NCBI GenBank assembly: GCA_951406725.2
Contig: OX597822.1
Location: forward strand, 13,578,001 to 13,642,000
Direction of reading: 5' to 3'
Origin: Octopus vulgaris
Lineage: Eukaryota
DNA length: 64,000 nucleotides
Shown: piece by piece, positions 1 to 13,667 of the stretch
How the letters are laid out: each line of letters begins with the position of its first letter
Position numbering within the stretch: the first letter of the stretch is position 1
The notes under the pieces: model-generated
Database searches by the model: none
What the model saw: the letters and a program-made list of their open reading frames with translations, nothing else
What the model was told of the DNA's origin: nothing
Made by a program: the position numbers and the translations under genes

Positions 1-564
1 GTAGAAGACATTTGGAGTAAAAACTTCTATACCCATTGCAAATAGCATAAGAGGAACCTTTCGGGTCCTCCTAAATTCCGGTTCCTCCTCTGTGTGACAT
101 ATATTAAACTGTATAAGGTGCTTCATTATCTGTTGGAGTCACTTGTTGAGAAAGACGGAAGTGTAGCAGGTTTAGCCAGTGTATGGCTGTTAGAAGCAAA
201 CGTGCGTCGGGTCAGGATAACTTGATGCTTAGCTATAAGCATTTTCATTTGGTATAATACGAATCCTATTTTAACATGCTGAAGAGGTGAATGCATCGGG
301 TATTTAATGTGTTAATGCTCTCTGTGTCATATTATGTTCGTTTGTTTTGTCTTCCGGTGTGTTTTCTTTAGAGATCTTCCATACGAATGGAATATTTTAC
401 TTGGCCTATGGAATTTTTCCTCTTTCTGTATGTGGATGCTTGTGTACAACACATATATATATACATGTGCGTCCGTATACGCATGTATATGTATGTATAT
501 AAATATATACATACATACACACACAGACACACACATGTATATACATACATACACACACACACAA

Positions 565-615
<51 letters not shown>

Positions 616-711
616 CATACATACATATATATATATATGTACATACATACATGTCTTTCACACGTTCCAGTCATTTGCCTGCGGCCGTGCTGAAGCACCG
701 CCTCACATGCG

Positions 712-1018
<307 letters not shown>

Positions 1019-1040
1019 TTGATATATACACACATATACA

Positions 1041-1218
1041 TATTTATTTCTTTATTGGCCACAAGGGGCTAAACATAGAGGGGACAAACAAGGACAGACA
1101 AAGGGATTAAGTCGATTACATCAACCCCAGTACGCAACTGGTACTTATTTAATCGACCCCGAAAAGATGAATGGCAAAGTCGACCTCGGTGGAATTTGAA
1201 CTCAGAACGTAATAACGC
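1041..1218 (-). mobile_element. SINE family A, partial copy
   Basis: Reverse complement of the family A body (gttcaaattcc...gtcgactttgcc...ggggtcgat...aagtaccag) seen at 3476 and 5843. Confidence 0.85.
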
Positions 1219-1247
1219 TTATATATATGTATGTATTTGTGTATGTT

Positions 1248-1289
<42 letters not shown>

Positions 1290-1308
1290 GAGAGAGAGAG
1301 AAAGAGGG

Positions 1309-1363
<55 letters not shown>

Positions 1364-1456
1364 CAGACAGAATTATACATAGTGTTTGAACCAGTGTGTA
1401 AATAACTGCGTGTCTGTGTTCCATTATTTGGATATCAGCGAAGGAATTGTCTCGTT

Positions 1457-1514
<58 letters not shown>

Positions 1515-2127
1515 TGTGTGTATGTGTGTGTGTGTGTGTGACAGTTATTTATAAGTCAAAGTTACTTTCATTTGTTATAAGTTTGCCTTTGTTACGTGTG
1601 GAATATAATTATGTAATTACATGTTTATACATCAGCGGACCTCTTTGTGTGTGTGTGGGGGGGGAATGTGGGTGTATGTTTGTGTGGACATGTGTGAGTG
1701 TATCCGAGTGTCCGAGTGTATGCATGTGTGTGTGAGTGCATGCCTGTGCGCGTGGTGTGTAAATGTTTGTGCACGGTGTGTGTGCGCATTCAAGTAAGTG
1801 GATGTGTTTTGTATAAGAGTACCAGTACGTACCCTTACATGTTATTTCTTTCTTCCTTTTTTTCTTTCTTTATCACCCTTTGTCTGTCTCTCTCTCTCTC
1901 TCTCTCTCTCACCGACCACACACACATACACACACACACAAACGCACACACAAAACAGCTCCTCTTCATTGGCTCTTACGTCTCCATGCCGGGTTTTAAT
2001 GTTAACAAGTGCTGAGTATTCTGTGTGTAGACGCATGTGTGTTCCAGAATGAATGTGTGTGTCTACAAATATTTGTGTCTTTGTACATGTATATGTATAT
2101 ATATATATATAAATATATATATGTATG

Positions 2128-2180
<53 letters not shown>

Positions 2181-2263
2181 GTATATGTATATATATATGT
2201 ATATATATATATATATATATACATACATACATATATATATATATATAAATATATATATGTATG

Positions 2264-2309
<46 letters not shown>

Positions 2310-2835
2310 TAAATAAAACATATGCATATATGTAAGTACCAAACTCTACATGTATATATACACGCATATATGAGTACAGGACACCAAAAAAACGTCGAAC
2401 ACAATGAGAAACGAAAACATAGACACAAAGCCAAGGAACTGGACATTTTTTTAAACAACAAAAAAATAGAGTACAGGACAATTAACACAAAGAAAAAACC
2501 CCTTCTTCAGTCGCCATGGTTTCATCTACTATACATACACATATATATATATGCATGTATGTTTGTATTAATGTATCTATGTATGCACGTTTGCATGTGT
2601 GTCATGTATACGTGTGTGCGTTCTGCGGGCAGCATAACTATTTTTCTTCCCCTGTAGTGTCATCAGAACTACAAACACATACATCTACTGGAATACATAG
2701 ACATCTGTTTATATACATACATACGTACCTACCTACATACATACATACATACACACATACATATCTGTATTCTGTAGATGTATTTAAGCATGTAAATATG
2801 TACACACATGCACACACACATACATATGTATATGT

Positions 2836-2873
<38 letters not shown>

Positions 2874-2942
2874 CCCGGGTTGATTCGGGGTTAACCACAG
2901 TAAATAAGGTACTCAATACATAGCAGAGTAAAATTAATTTAT

Positions 2943-3050
2943 TATATAGAAGGAGCTTCTACAGGACTAGAATTGTTTCATTCAAGAGAAGCTCCTGAAG
3001 ATTTCTCTTGAATGAAACAGTTCTAGTCCTGTAGAAGCTCCTTCTATATA
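2943..3050. repeat. Inverted repeat, 48-bp arms, 12-nt spacer, containing a possible hammerhead core
   Basis: Arms 2943-2990 and 3003-3050 are reverse complements with 1 mismatch; CTGAAGA...GAAACAG...CTGTA on + strand. Confidence 0.85.
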
Positions 3051-3475
3051 TATATGTATGTATATATTAGTGTGAGTGTGTGTGTGAACAAATATGCGTA
3101 ATATTTAAGTGTACGTGTATGTATGTATATTTATGTTTTATGTATATGTACGTGTGTGTTTGTTGTTTATATTGTTAATGTATAATGTAATCAAGTGCAC
3201 ATTCGTACACACACTGATATTCCCACCGACGCACACGGATTAGCTTCGTTTGTTTTTATTAGAAACACCTACATATCAACCCCGCCTTACATACACACGC
3301 ATACGTAAGTACATATATAACTGCCAACATATAATATACATATATGCGCACCTACACATATGTCTATACATACATTCACACGAACCCTCGCTGGAAACCG
3401 CGTGCTTTATATTCGACGCCATATTGGAAAATGTCTTCTTGTATAGATTTTTAGTAACAATAATTTCTCAGTAGA

Positions 3476-3870
3476 AGGCGGCGAGCTGGCAGAAACGTTA
3501 GCACATCGTGCGAAATGTTTAGTGATATTTCGTCTGCCTTTACGTTCTGAGTTCAAATTCCGCCGAGGTCGACTTTGCCTTTCATCCTCTCGGGGTCGAT
3601 AAATTAAGTACCAGTTACGCCCTGGGGTCGATGTAATCGACTTAATCCCTTTGTCTCTCCTTGTTCGTCCTCTCTGTGTTTAGCCCCTTGTGGGCAATAA
3701 AGAAATAAGAAACGTTAGCACATCGGGCGAAATGCTTAGCAGTATTTCGTCTGTCTTTACGTTCCGAGTTCAAATTCTACCGAGGTCGACTTAGCGTTTC
3801 ATCCTTTCGGGGTCGATAAATCAAGTACCTATTGCGTACTGGGGTCGATCTAATCGACTGGCTTCCACCC
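3476..3870 (+). mobile_element. tRNA-derived SINE family A, tandem dimer
   Basis: Head ggcggcgagctggcagaaacgttagc, B-box-like gagttcaaattcc, conserved cctttcatcctttcggggtcgataaa body repeated twice. Confidence 0.88.
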
Positions 3871-4303
3871 CAAAAGAATAATTTGTTAGTAGAATTTGGT
3901 AGACAGAAAAATGCTCAAAATTTTGTCGTATATACATAGACACGTATATACCATTACACACACACACACTAACACACACACACACACACACACACATACA
4001 CACACACACACACACACAGGCACATACACATGCATGCATGTACGTGTATATTTACCTTTTCCTCTTTTACTTGTCTCAGTCATTAGACTGCGGCCTTGCT
4101 GGAGCACCGTCTCAAAGTATATTTAGTCAAACGAATCGACCCCAATACACTTTTTATATTTTTCATGCCTCCTACTTATTCTTTCTGTCTCTGATGCAGA
4201 AGCGATAATTTACGGGGACGCAAACTAACCAACACCGGTTGTCAAGCAGTGGTGGGAAACAAACACAGGCACAAATACTTACACACACAGAAACATATAC
4301 ATA

Positions 4304-4525
4304 CAGTAATCCCTCGACTACCGCGGGTATTACGTTCCAACACCCCACCTCGTGATAGGTGAAAATCCGCGAAGTAGAAATAGTATTGTACCGTATATTT
4401 TTTATTATTATTTACAATTTGTATATATTTATTTCTATTATAAATGCAAAACAACACTACGGAATCGACGTAAGTTTAAATAATAAACCGCAATAGTTGA
4501 AGCGCGATATGACGAGGGATCACTG
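4304..4525 (+). mobile_element. Tigger/pogo-like MITE
   Basis: TIRs cagtaatccctcg / cgagggatcactg, TA on the left flank; second copy inverted at 42644. Confidence 0.8.
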
Positions 4526-5842
4526 AATATATTTTTCAGTTTCTGTTATAGGTAGGATGGACGGAAAATAAACTCAGAAAGTAGCGGCAGAAGAAATACC
4601 AGTGAGAGACAGATATCATTGAACAGAGATAATTTACAGAAGTGCTACTAAATGCTGTAGAGATACAATAATTTGGCAGATTTATAAAACATTATTCAGT
4701 GTTTTGAAAACCAGGACGCTGGGCTGTGAGAAAACATGAGAAAAAACTGGAGGTAAAACAGCGTGAATGTCTCTGTGCTTGGGCTTATGTTTATCCCCAT
4801 CACCGCTTGACAACGGGCGAGGGTTTGCTTACGTCCCCATAAATCAGCGGTTCGGTATAAGTTACCGATAAAAATGTACCAGTGTCAAAACTAAATACCA
4901 GGTTTGATTTGTTCGACTAAAACCTTGAAGGCGGTGCCCCAGCATGGCCGCATTCTAATGACTGAAACAAGTAAAAGATAAAAGGATTATGGAAATATAA
5001 AGACCCAGACCATCGAATCTCTCTTAAAGAGAGTGAAATAAAAAAAATAAGGAACCGAAAAGGAATGAAAGCTATTTTTGCCGTCATATATGAAAGAATT
5101 CGTGGCGTAAGAGCGAATGCGATAACAAAAATTTACGCGCGTTTTCTGCATTATTACCATACATGGTGAGAGAGGAATATCGATTATAATTCTTAATTAT
5201 TTTAAATTGCATTATTATCATAAATTGTATTAATTTTGATTCGTATTGTTAAAATTTGAATTGGATAATAACAAACATTTTACAAGTGTTTTTTGACGTT
5301 CTTGTACATAGTGACAGACAAGTATCGATTGTAATTTTTGATTAACCTAAATTACATTATTATCATAAATTATATTAAATTGTATTAATTTTGCTCCGAA
5401 TGTTGAAAAAAAATGCGTATTAAATTGTATTATCATAATTTATTTAAAATTTTATTTTTTTTTATTTCTATTGTTCCCATTTTTTTATTCATTTCTGTCG
5501 ACATCTGAATTTAAATATCAATGCATGCAGAAACACTTGAATATCGCTAAATGCACTAAAATCTAAATATTGCTGCATGCAAAAACATTTGAATTTTACT
5601 GCATGAAGAAAAAAAAAAAGAGAATTCGTATTGCTACATGAGCAAATAATATTTGGGGAAACCTTCAGATTTATACTGTCATGCTGTATTTGCCAGTCGC
5701 ACAAAACAAACCTCGACTTTTCTACTGGTGAGGTAGTGGTAGAAAAAACAGTAATTTTTGAGGGAGAGACAAATTTGATATCTTTCATCATATGCGCATA
5801 CACTGAGGTATCTCTTCCATTATTCGGTTGCATTAGACGCAT

Positions 5843-6420
5843 GGCGGTGAGCTGGCAGAAACGTTAGCACGCCGGGAGAAATGCGTAGCCGTATTTCGTC
5901 TGCCGCTACGTTCTGAGTTCAAATTCCACCGAGGTCGACTTTGCCTTTCATCCTTTCGGGGTCGATTAAATAAGTACCAGTTACGCACTGGGGTCGATAT
6001 AATCGACTTATTCCGTTTGTCTGTCCTTGTTTGTCCTCTCTGTGTTTAGCCCCTTGTGGGTAGTAAAGAAATAGGTATTTCTTCTACCGCTACTTTCTGA
6101 GTTCAAATTCCGCCGAGGTCGACTTTGCCTTTCATCCTTTGGGGGTCGATAAATTAAGTACCAGTTACGCACTGGGGTCGATATAATCGACTTAATCTGT
6201 CTGTTCTTGTTTGTATCCTCTGTGTTTAGCCCCTTGTAGGCAGTAAAGAAATATGTATTACGTCTGTCTTTACGTTCTGAGTTCAAAAGCCACCCGGATC
6301 GACTTCCCCTTTCATCCTTTCGGGGTCGATAAATTAAGTACCAGTTACGCACTGGGGTCGACGTAATCGACTTAATCCCTTCACCCAAATTTGAGGGCTA
6401 GTGCTTCCAGAAGAAAAAGT
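5843..6420 (+). mobile_element. SINE family A, tandem trimer
   Basis: Three head-to-tail body units after one complete head. Confidence 0.88.
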
Positions 6421-6727
6421 GAGACGCATGGCAATTTTTAGTCTTATACATCGGCATGTACGGTAAATTTCTAAGGAAAGAAACCTAAGATAATACAGAC
6501 AACGGTATAGTATTTTCCTTTATATCAGACGAGATCGTCATTGTTGGAACTCCTTTGATTCAACGTTTTTTCGTCATGACTGAACTGAGGTAAAATGTAT
6601 TATCTCCCTTTTTATTTTTCTTGGATCCTAGATTCAAAAAGCCAGTTACCTGATTTCAAGGCGCATAAATGTTCATCCTCTGAACATGACGCCGGTCTGT
6701 TGAAGGGATCAAAGCCTGCAATTTTTA

Positions 6728-6820
6728 CGAAGGCTTGAGGGTATATCAACCGAAACGTTGTGTTAACAACAAACAAGATGAGAACAAATATCCGTCAAAT
6801 ATAAATAATGTAATAATGTA
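6728..6820 (+). mobile_element. 5'-truncated copy of hammerhead-bearing repeat family HH-A
   Basis: gaaggcttgagggtatatcaaccgaaacgttgtgttaacaac... matches 14054-14145 but lacks the CTGAT start of the core. Confidence 0.8.
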
Positions 6821-6954
6821 GATTTAACTGGTTGAAGTTTTCCCGCTCACTATATTACGTATGTAGGGTTCAGCTGTATGTAAATTTCAAATTCTGGCAC
6901 AAGGCCAGTAAGTTCGGGGGTGGGGGTAAGTCAGTTACATCGACCCTTTCTATT

Positions 6955-7080
6955 GGACTTTCCTCTGTTTCAGAAGAAGAGCGTCTGCTCGAAACGTCAA
7001 ACCATATTTCTCTCCTTCCCTGAGTGTCTACTAATACTTTACATGTACCACGTCCTCGCGTTGTTGTTTTTTTGTGTTTG
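6955..7080 (+). mobile_element. Hammerhead-bearing repeat family HH-B, degenerate core (CAGAAGA)
   Basis: gttt CAGAAGA a gagc gtct gctc GAAAC GTC aaac; body matches 25424 and 32418 copies. Confidence 0.7.
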
Positions 7081-7273
7081 TTTTTCTTCTTTTGGGGAAT
7101 TTACAATACGCACACACACACACACACACACACGCATATATATACATGCATACATAGAAGAATATCCTGTTGTTGATATTGAAATTCCAATGAAGGTGCC
7201 TTGGATCTAGGTTAGAAACCGGATCTTTGTCTATTGGCAAGAAATCTTGAAATAAAAGTGAAGAATGACATAC

Positions 7274-7362
<89 letters not shown>

Positions 7363-7498
7363 CGTGTATTATGTGTATTATGTGCCATACATTTGTATGC
7401 ATGTGTGTACGCATGAATATATACATATATACATGTATATATATACATACATATACATACATACATGTATATATATATATATACATACATATACATAC

Positions 7499-7564
<66 letters not shown>

Positions 7565-8282
7565 ACATATATATATAAAGAGAGAGAAAAGAGAGTGTGT
7601 GAGAGAGCTGTAGCAGAGAGGTGTTTGTGTAAATAAGTATGTGTGTGTACATTCAAGTTTGTGGACGTATGTACAATTGTGTTTATATATGCTGCACGGA
7701 CGAGTATTTAGGTATACATCTGTACTTGATTACTTGGAGCACTCCCACAACACACACACACTTGCGGGCGCGCGCAATAAATTAGTTGCTACACCCTGGG
7801 TCTGTATGTATTGAGAGTGTGCTAAGAATAAAAGTTGTATGTTATTTCTATCAGTTAGTGGCTACATTCTGTCTGTCAGTGTCTCTTATAAGACTTGGAC
7901 AGCGTTATCAATGACATATTTACGAACTAAACTGCCTGAGCCAATAGTTTTGCCTATATGTGAAACATCGCCATATTAGAAATAGCAGTCAAATCTTCCT
8001 CAAATCATTCACTGTGACTTAAAGGAAAGAATGACACGTTGTAAAACCCATCCCGAAACCTAGAGGTTGCGTCATAAATTGGTTTGTAAAATAAATACGA
8101 AAAGTTTGCGAAGACAATAAATTTTCCTTTTGAATTATTTGATGAAATGTAAAATTACCATAAAGATGGATGGTGCCCTCTGGATGGCCATTACTACAAA
8201 GGTGGGAAAGTATGTCCTCACAGCGGGAGATAGGATTAGAAATTTGAATTCGAGATAACGATTGCATTAAGGATGCAAGGAA

Positions 8283-8335
<53 letters not shown>

Positions 8336-8612
8336 GTATATATTATCTATGGTGAAGTTTTAACAAAATGTCGTTAAGGGTAACTATTCAAGTTTCTATT
8401 TCATCCATTTTAAGAATATTCAGTATGCGTTAATTAAACATTCTAAAGAAAAACATTACAATAGAATTAAAGATGAATTTAAATATCTTATACAATAAGC
8501 CATGAGCATAAAAGCCACAATGCAGCATCTACTGCAAACTAGATTATCAAAGTTAGAAAATTACCATTTGTAAATCTCACAACGAGAGATATTCAGCAAC
8601 AGTCCTTTGGAA

Positions 8613-8846
8613 TAAAGATTGTTTGCCAGCATAACATGGCAGTCCTGGTTTAGGACTAATGTTGCTGTAATTTAGCCGCATGGGGACATCGTCTCCAGCT
8701 GGCTATACGACACGATCTGTGTCCGTGTCCTTATACGACACAGTTCCTGTCGTAGAGCCAGCTGGAGACGATGTCTCTTGGGACTAAATTACAGCAACAT
8801 TAGTCCTAAACCAGGACTGCCATGTTATGTTGGCAAACAATCTTTA
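8613..8846. repeat. Foldback inverted repeat, about 99-bp arms, about 35-nt spacer
   Basis: 8613-8712 pairs with 8748-8846 with few mismatches; same sequence recurs at 12042-12150. Confidence 0.9.
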
Positions 8847-10060
8847 CTACAAGATTATCAAATCTTAACTAAATTCCAATCTAATATGCTTGGTTGACTA
8901 AAACTGATCCTCAGCAAAACTAAAGCTTCATTTACAAAGTGACATAAAGTGAACTCGTGTCTACAGAATTAATTTTTGGCCGAGTTGTTTTAATTATTTT
9001 TTTCTATCAGTCGGTGTTTAGTGAGAGGCTGTATCTATTGGTATACTTAATTGCTTGCAATAGCTGCAGATATAGCAACAGCAGTGATTAATTCCAACAG
9101 CTAACAGCTCGATGATAACAAAGACACTTCACTCTGCTCTGCAACGGATCAACAACAGATGTGCCTTTGCATCGAGCAGCTTTTACTGTCAAATGGTTCA
9201 GCCACTTACAGCCCGCAACTTTTGCTGACAAATATCTCTTATAGTTTACATTCTTCGGTATTCCTCATATGAACAAAATAGAACATAAAGTTCTACAATA
9301 TGAACTAAATTATATTATTTTCCACTATTCTCATTGAAAGCACACAGTAACTGAATTGTAATAGCAAACATATTCGTGCATTTTGTAAAAAATCTTTTTG
9401 CTGACTCACTTGCACGTTAACACGTTCATTTATGTCTATGTACATGTATGTATTCTTAAACATTTCTGCGAAAACATCTTCATGCGTACATACCCATATA
9501 AGTGTGTGTATGTGTGTATTCTAACACACACACACAAACAGTTAGTTATATCCACACACATACGTATGTGCCGGAGTGTTTCATCACTCATTGTAAAATT
9601 TTCAGTAATATTTTATTGTATTTCGAACAACATTTCTTGACGCCGAACTTAAATTTTTATCGTGTCAATCAGACTTGTTACAGTGAAATTAACTTATCAG
9701 CAAGAAGGGAATATATTTTTTCCATTCTGTGCTTATAATTAAATAAAATAACTTTATTGATTTTATTCTACATCACGTCTTTTGGTTGAATTTATATTGT
9801 TAAACACGCTGTAAAATAGTGTGTAGATAGAAGTGAGCCAGCGGCTCGATATTAGATGAAAAAACACTACAAAGATGCGCTGAAGAATTCTTCTTTGATG
9901 TGCTTTAACATCGACCGTGCTACGAAGAAGATCTTTACACAAGGCCTAATCTAACATGGTGCAGCTATTTACATTATAAAAGTTCCTGCTTCTTTCGAAC
10001 AAAGCACAGCTACATATTCTCCCGCAAAAAAAAAGGGAGAAAACGCCTCCACCATTCTTC

Positions 10061-10351
10061 TCATGCTGGTGAACTACATAGACCTGTCAGTAATGTAGGA
10101 GAACTTTTGAAGTCCTCATCGAATTCTTCTAACGGCATCTAAATACAATGCTAACAATATCCTTGTTCATGAGGCTCTTTTTTTTTCCATCTTCAAGAAT
10201 GAATGCCAAACAGAAACAACGCCAGAAACAAGATTTTTATCAGTTATATTTGCCATTTTCTGCATTTTTTTCATGAAGCAATTCATAAAAACATACTCAC
10301 GTTTACGTAATGTTTCCCAGCACATCCCGTTTCAAAACCCACTGCACGCCA
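10061..10351 (-). CDS. Weak candidate two-exon 3' end of an unidentified host gene
   Basis: 10351-10301 has cag acceptor and gtgagt donor, 51 nt open (WRAVGFETGCAGKHYVN); 10138-10061 follows a tag acceptor and reads MPLEEFDEDFKSSPTLLTGLCSSPA*; non-repetitive context; no recognised homology. Confidence 0.25.
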
Positions 10352-10643
10352 CTGATATAAATACAAGCATACATAACATATAGACAAAATATATACATTC
10401 AGTGGTGCTATATTTACAAATCTTCCTGCTAATGCACATCTCTGCACAGTTTTAATTTTGTATGCTTTGTTGTTGAGGTTTGTTTTGAATGTTAATCAAA
10501 GGCTTTCTGCGTGTGGCTATCCCATGTTTCAAGGCTCAGTATACCTAGGATTACATTATTCATTGTATCGCTCCTGTTTAAGCGGGAAGAATGATTTTAT
10601 GAACATCTGTTTGTTGCTCTTTTTTTTGTTTTCTAGCAGATGA

Positions 10644-10873
10644 AACAATTACGAAGTGAACTCTTCGTTGGAACATGTCTTTAACAAACCGTTTAAACGT
10701 CACATAATGGTAGATACCGAAGCCTTAAAAGTTTATCTTTTACAACATAGCATTGTCATAGCACCAAGGAAATACATAATAACTCCAGGCATGGATGTGT
10801 GGTTATGAAACTTGCTTCCCAACCACATGGTTTTGCGTTCAGTTCCACCTTGGGCAAATGTTTTCCACTATAG

Positions 10874-10961
<88 letters not shown>

Positions 10962-11043
10962 ATATATATATATATAATTGAATTGTGAACCCTTCGGTTT
11001 GTTAAAGACATGTTCCAACGAAGGGTTCACTACGTAATTGTTT
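10644..11043. repeat. Spaced inverted repeat, about 47-bp arms
   Basis: aacaattacgaagtgaactcttcgttggaacatgtctttaacaaaccg (10644-10690) vs its reverse complement at about 10995-11043, 2 mismatches. Confidence 0.8.
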
Positions 11044-11048
11044 ATATA

Positions 11049-11102
<54 letters not shown>

Positions 11103-11109
11103 TTGTGAA

Positions 11110-11390
11110 GGCGCAATGGCCCAGTGGTTACGGCAGCGGACTCACGGTCGTAGGACCGCGGTTTCGACTCCCAGGCCGGGCGTTGTGAGTGTTTATTGAC
11201 CGAAAACACCTAAAAGCTCTACGAGGCTTCGGCTGTGGGTGGTGATCCCTGCTGTACTCTTTCGCCACAACTTTCTCTCACTCTTTCTTCTGTTGGCCTG
11301 CTCGCTTAGCCAGCGGAGTGGCGTCATTCATAGGTAAAGCAATGCGAACACATCGTGACCAGCGATGTGTAACAACATCTGATGGTCACA
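11110..11390 (+). mobile_element. tRNA-derived SINE, third family
   Basis: ggcgcaatggcccagtggtta (A box) ... ggtttcgactccc (B box) followed by a tRNA-unrelated body. Confidence 0.7.
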
Positions 11391-12204
11391 TATATATGAA
11401 TTACGCATGCGCACGTCTGATTGTAACATGTGTTTGTATATTTACGATGTATCACAGAGTAACATAGAGTGGAACACACTTCATGGTCAAAAACTATAGA
11501 AGCAAATATGGATCCATACGACTTCGCTGACTTTACTCCGTCTATTAAGCACAAGAAGCAAGCATGTCTATGGAAACCTTTCTTCTAAGATTCAGAAAGA
11601 TCATCTGTACACTCAGCGACTGTGCAAAGACATGTTACTTCCCCAAAGATTAAAGTGCTACAAACATTTGAAGCCAATTTGTAATATTGAATCTAAGATA
11701 AATTTTCTTCGGAACATCAATACTTTCCAAAGCATTAAGAACTTAAAGAGATAATTTCCAAAAGTGCTCATTCTTAGATAAACGTTTATAAAGTATCTTT
11801 AACCAGCTTCTAAATAAGAACATTTCCTCAAATTATAAAAAGATTAGTGAACAGACAATATGATAATATTAAAGTAAAATATAGGATATCGAATTATATT
11901 AGACACTAAACAAGAAATGTATTACTAAACGAGAAACTTACGTCATACTTTTGAACCATAACAATAATTTCTCATCCAGGCCTGAATGCAGTTTAATGAA
12001 CCCTGCAAATTTCGAGAGTACTCACTAAATTTTAATTGGAGTAAAGATTGTTTGCCAACATAACATGGCAGTCCTGGCTTAGGACTAATGTTGCTGTAAT
12101 TTAGCCCCAGAAGACATCGTCTCCAGCTGGCTATACGACACGATCTGTGTCCTTATATTTTCGAACAAGTGAATCAACCCCCCCCCCCCCAGCTCAAAAC
12201 AATA

Positions 12205-12249
12205 TCTGTGTATCGCAATTTCGGGGTTATTTCCTTTCATCAGTACAGA
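12205..12249 (-). ncRNA. Putative minimal hammerhead ribozyme (family HH-E) within foldback-family copy
   Basis: Minus strand tctgta CTGATGA aaggaaataacccc GAAA ttgcga TA cacaga; near-palindromic stem III, stem I with one mismatch. Confidence 0.55.
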
Positions 12250-12478
12250 ATAAATTTTTGGCTCGAGGGGCGCTGCCAAATTCCCGTTCGAAATATATAG
12301 TTTTCAAAGTGGCAACTAATCACTGATCTATAAATTAGAAAATAACTATTTTTAAATCTTGTTATGTTGGCAAACAATCTTTATTCCAAAGTATTTTTGC
12401 TGAATATCTCTCGTTGTGAGATTTTAAAATGATAATTTTCTAAATTTTAATTATTTGAGATTAATAGCAATTAGTCAG

Positions 12479-12650
12479 GACAGCGAGCGGGTAGAATCTT
12501 TAGCACGTTGGACAAAATGCTTGACGGCATTTCGTCCGGCTTTACGTTCTGAGTTCAAATTCTGCAGAGGTCGACTTTACCTTTCAACTTTTCGGGATCG
12601 ATAAAATAAGTACCAGTTGAACACTGTGGTCGATGTAAAGGACTAACCAC
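12479..12650 (+). mobile_element. SINE family A, diverged
   Basis: Matches family A head and body with substitutions. Confidence 0.8.
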
Positions 12651-12879
12651 CTCTTATCGGACTACATATCCTTGTTAAACTCAAAAAGAAACACACCACA
12701 ATGTAAGCTTACACAAAGACGAAGGATTATCTCAACACGCCAATCACCTCACATTAGAGGCTTTATTTAGCCTTTATTTATTCTGCTCCGCCCAGCGCTT
12801 TTAGCAGTAAACCTCTTCCACCAGGTTCGATCGGCTGCTACTATTAAAAATCAATTCTATGTAATGTTGACTGTCAAGT

Positions 12880-13045
12880 CCACTGACAAGGGAACTTAGG
12901 TCTCACTGTTTTAAACTCACCGTCAGGTAGTACCCAAGTCATGACTATTTTCAAGTGTAGTTGATCGGCGTGACACAGAATGTGACCAGCCTGGCGGAAT
13001 CGGTGCTCTGCTACTATCTCTTGCCGGATGTTATGACATGGCAAT
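12880..13045 (-). pseudogene. RTE-clade LINE C-terminal fragment
   Basis: RFRQAGHILCH...KIVMTWVLPDGEFKTVRPK resembles the RTE RWAGHxxR...W.P.GxRxxGRP motif. Confidence 0.55.
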
Positions 13046-13179
13046 GTTCTAATATTGTAATGTAGCAAATGTTGCAACAAAATAAAAGAATGTTTGGACT
13101 TTTGTGGCTGCCGGAAAGCAAGATCGAAAGTGGGTGGAACACTTTCAAGAAACACTCAATTAGCCAGCCTCGGCTACTC

Positions 13180-13630
13180 TTTCACCTTGAAACCGGCCAT
13201 GAATAACAACATGACTGCAGGACTGGACGAAATCTCGGAAGAATGGTGGTGGCAGTATAGTTGCAGCATCAATAAAACTGTTCGCAGGTAGAACAAGCCC
13301 TTCAAGATTGGTAGCAAGGAGTTCTCGTGAAATTACCGAAGTAGGAAAACCTGACAAACTGTAACAAACTGGAGAGGCATCAAACTGTTGTCGATTCCGA
13401 GTTGGGTGTTTTGCACAGTGTTACTGAGAAGTCTGTGATACAGATTAGATTTTGTTCTGTGCGAAGAACAGGTTGGCTTCCAAAGCAACTGGTCGGTCAC
13501 AAAACAGGTCTTCAATCTTGGGAACATCACTCAGCAGTGACTCGAATAACCAGAATCCACTAGTAGTCGACTTCATCGACTTTTAGAAGGCCTTTCACAG
13601 TATGTATAGGGAATCCCTCTGGAACTTTGG
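13180..13630 (+). pseudogene. RTE-clade reverse transcriptase fragment, decayed
   Basis: AGLDEISEE, NWRGIKLLSIPS, LCEEQVGF and a DF.KAF.S..RESLW-like segment, with stops and frameshifts. Confidence 0.8.
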
Positions 13631-13667
13631 AGACCCTGAGAATAGAGAACTTATAAACACCTTTAAT

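Noticed and set aside
5178-5410. Diverged direct duplication of about 80 bp
   Set aside because: AT-rich local duplication with no further structure
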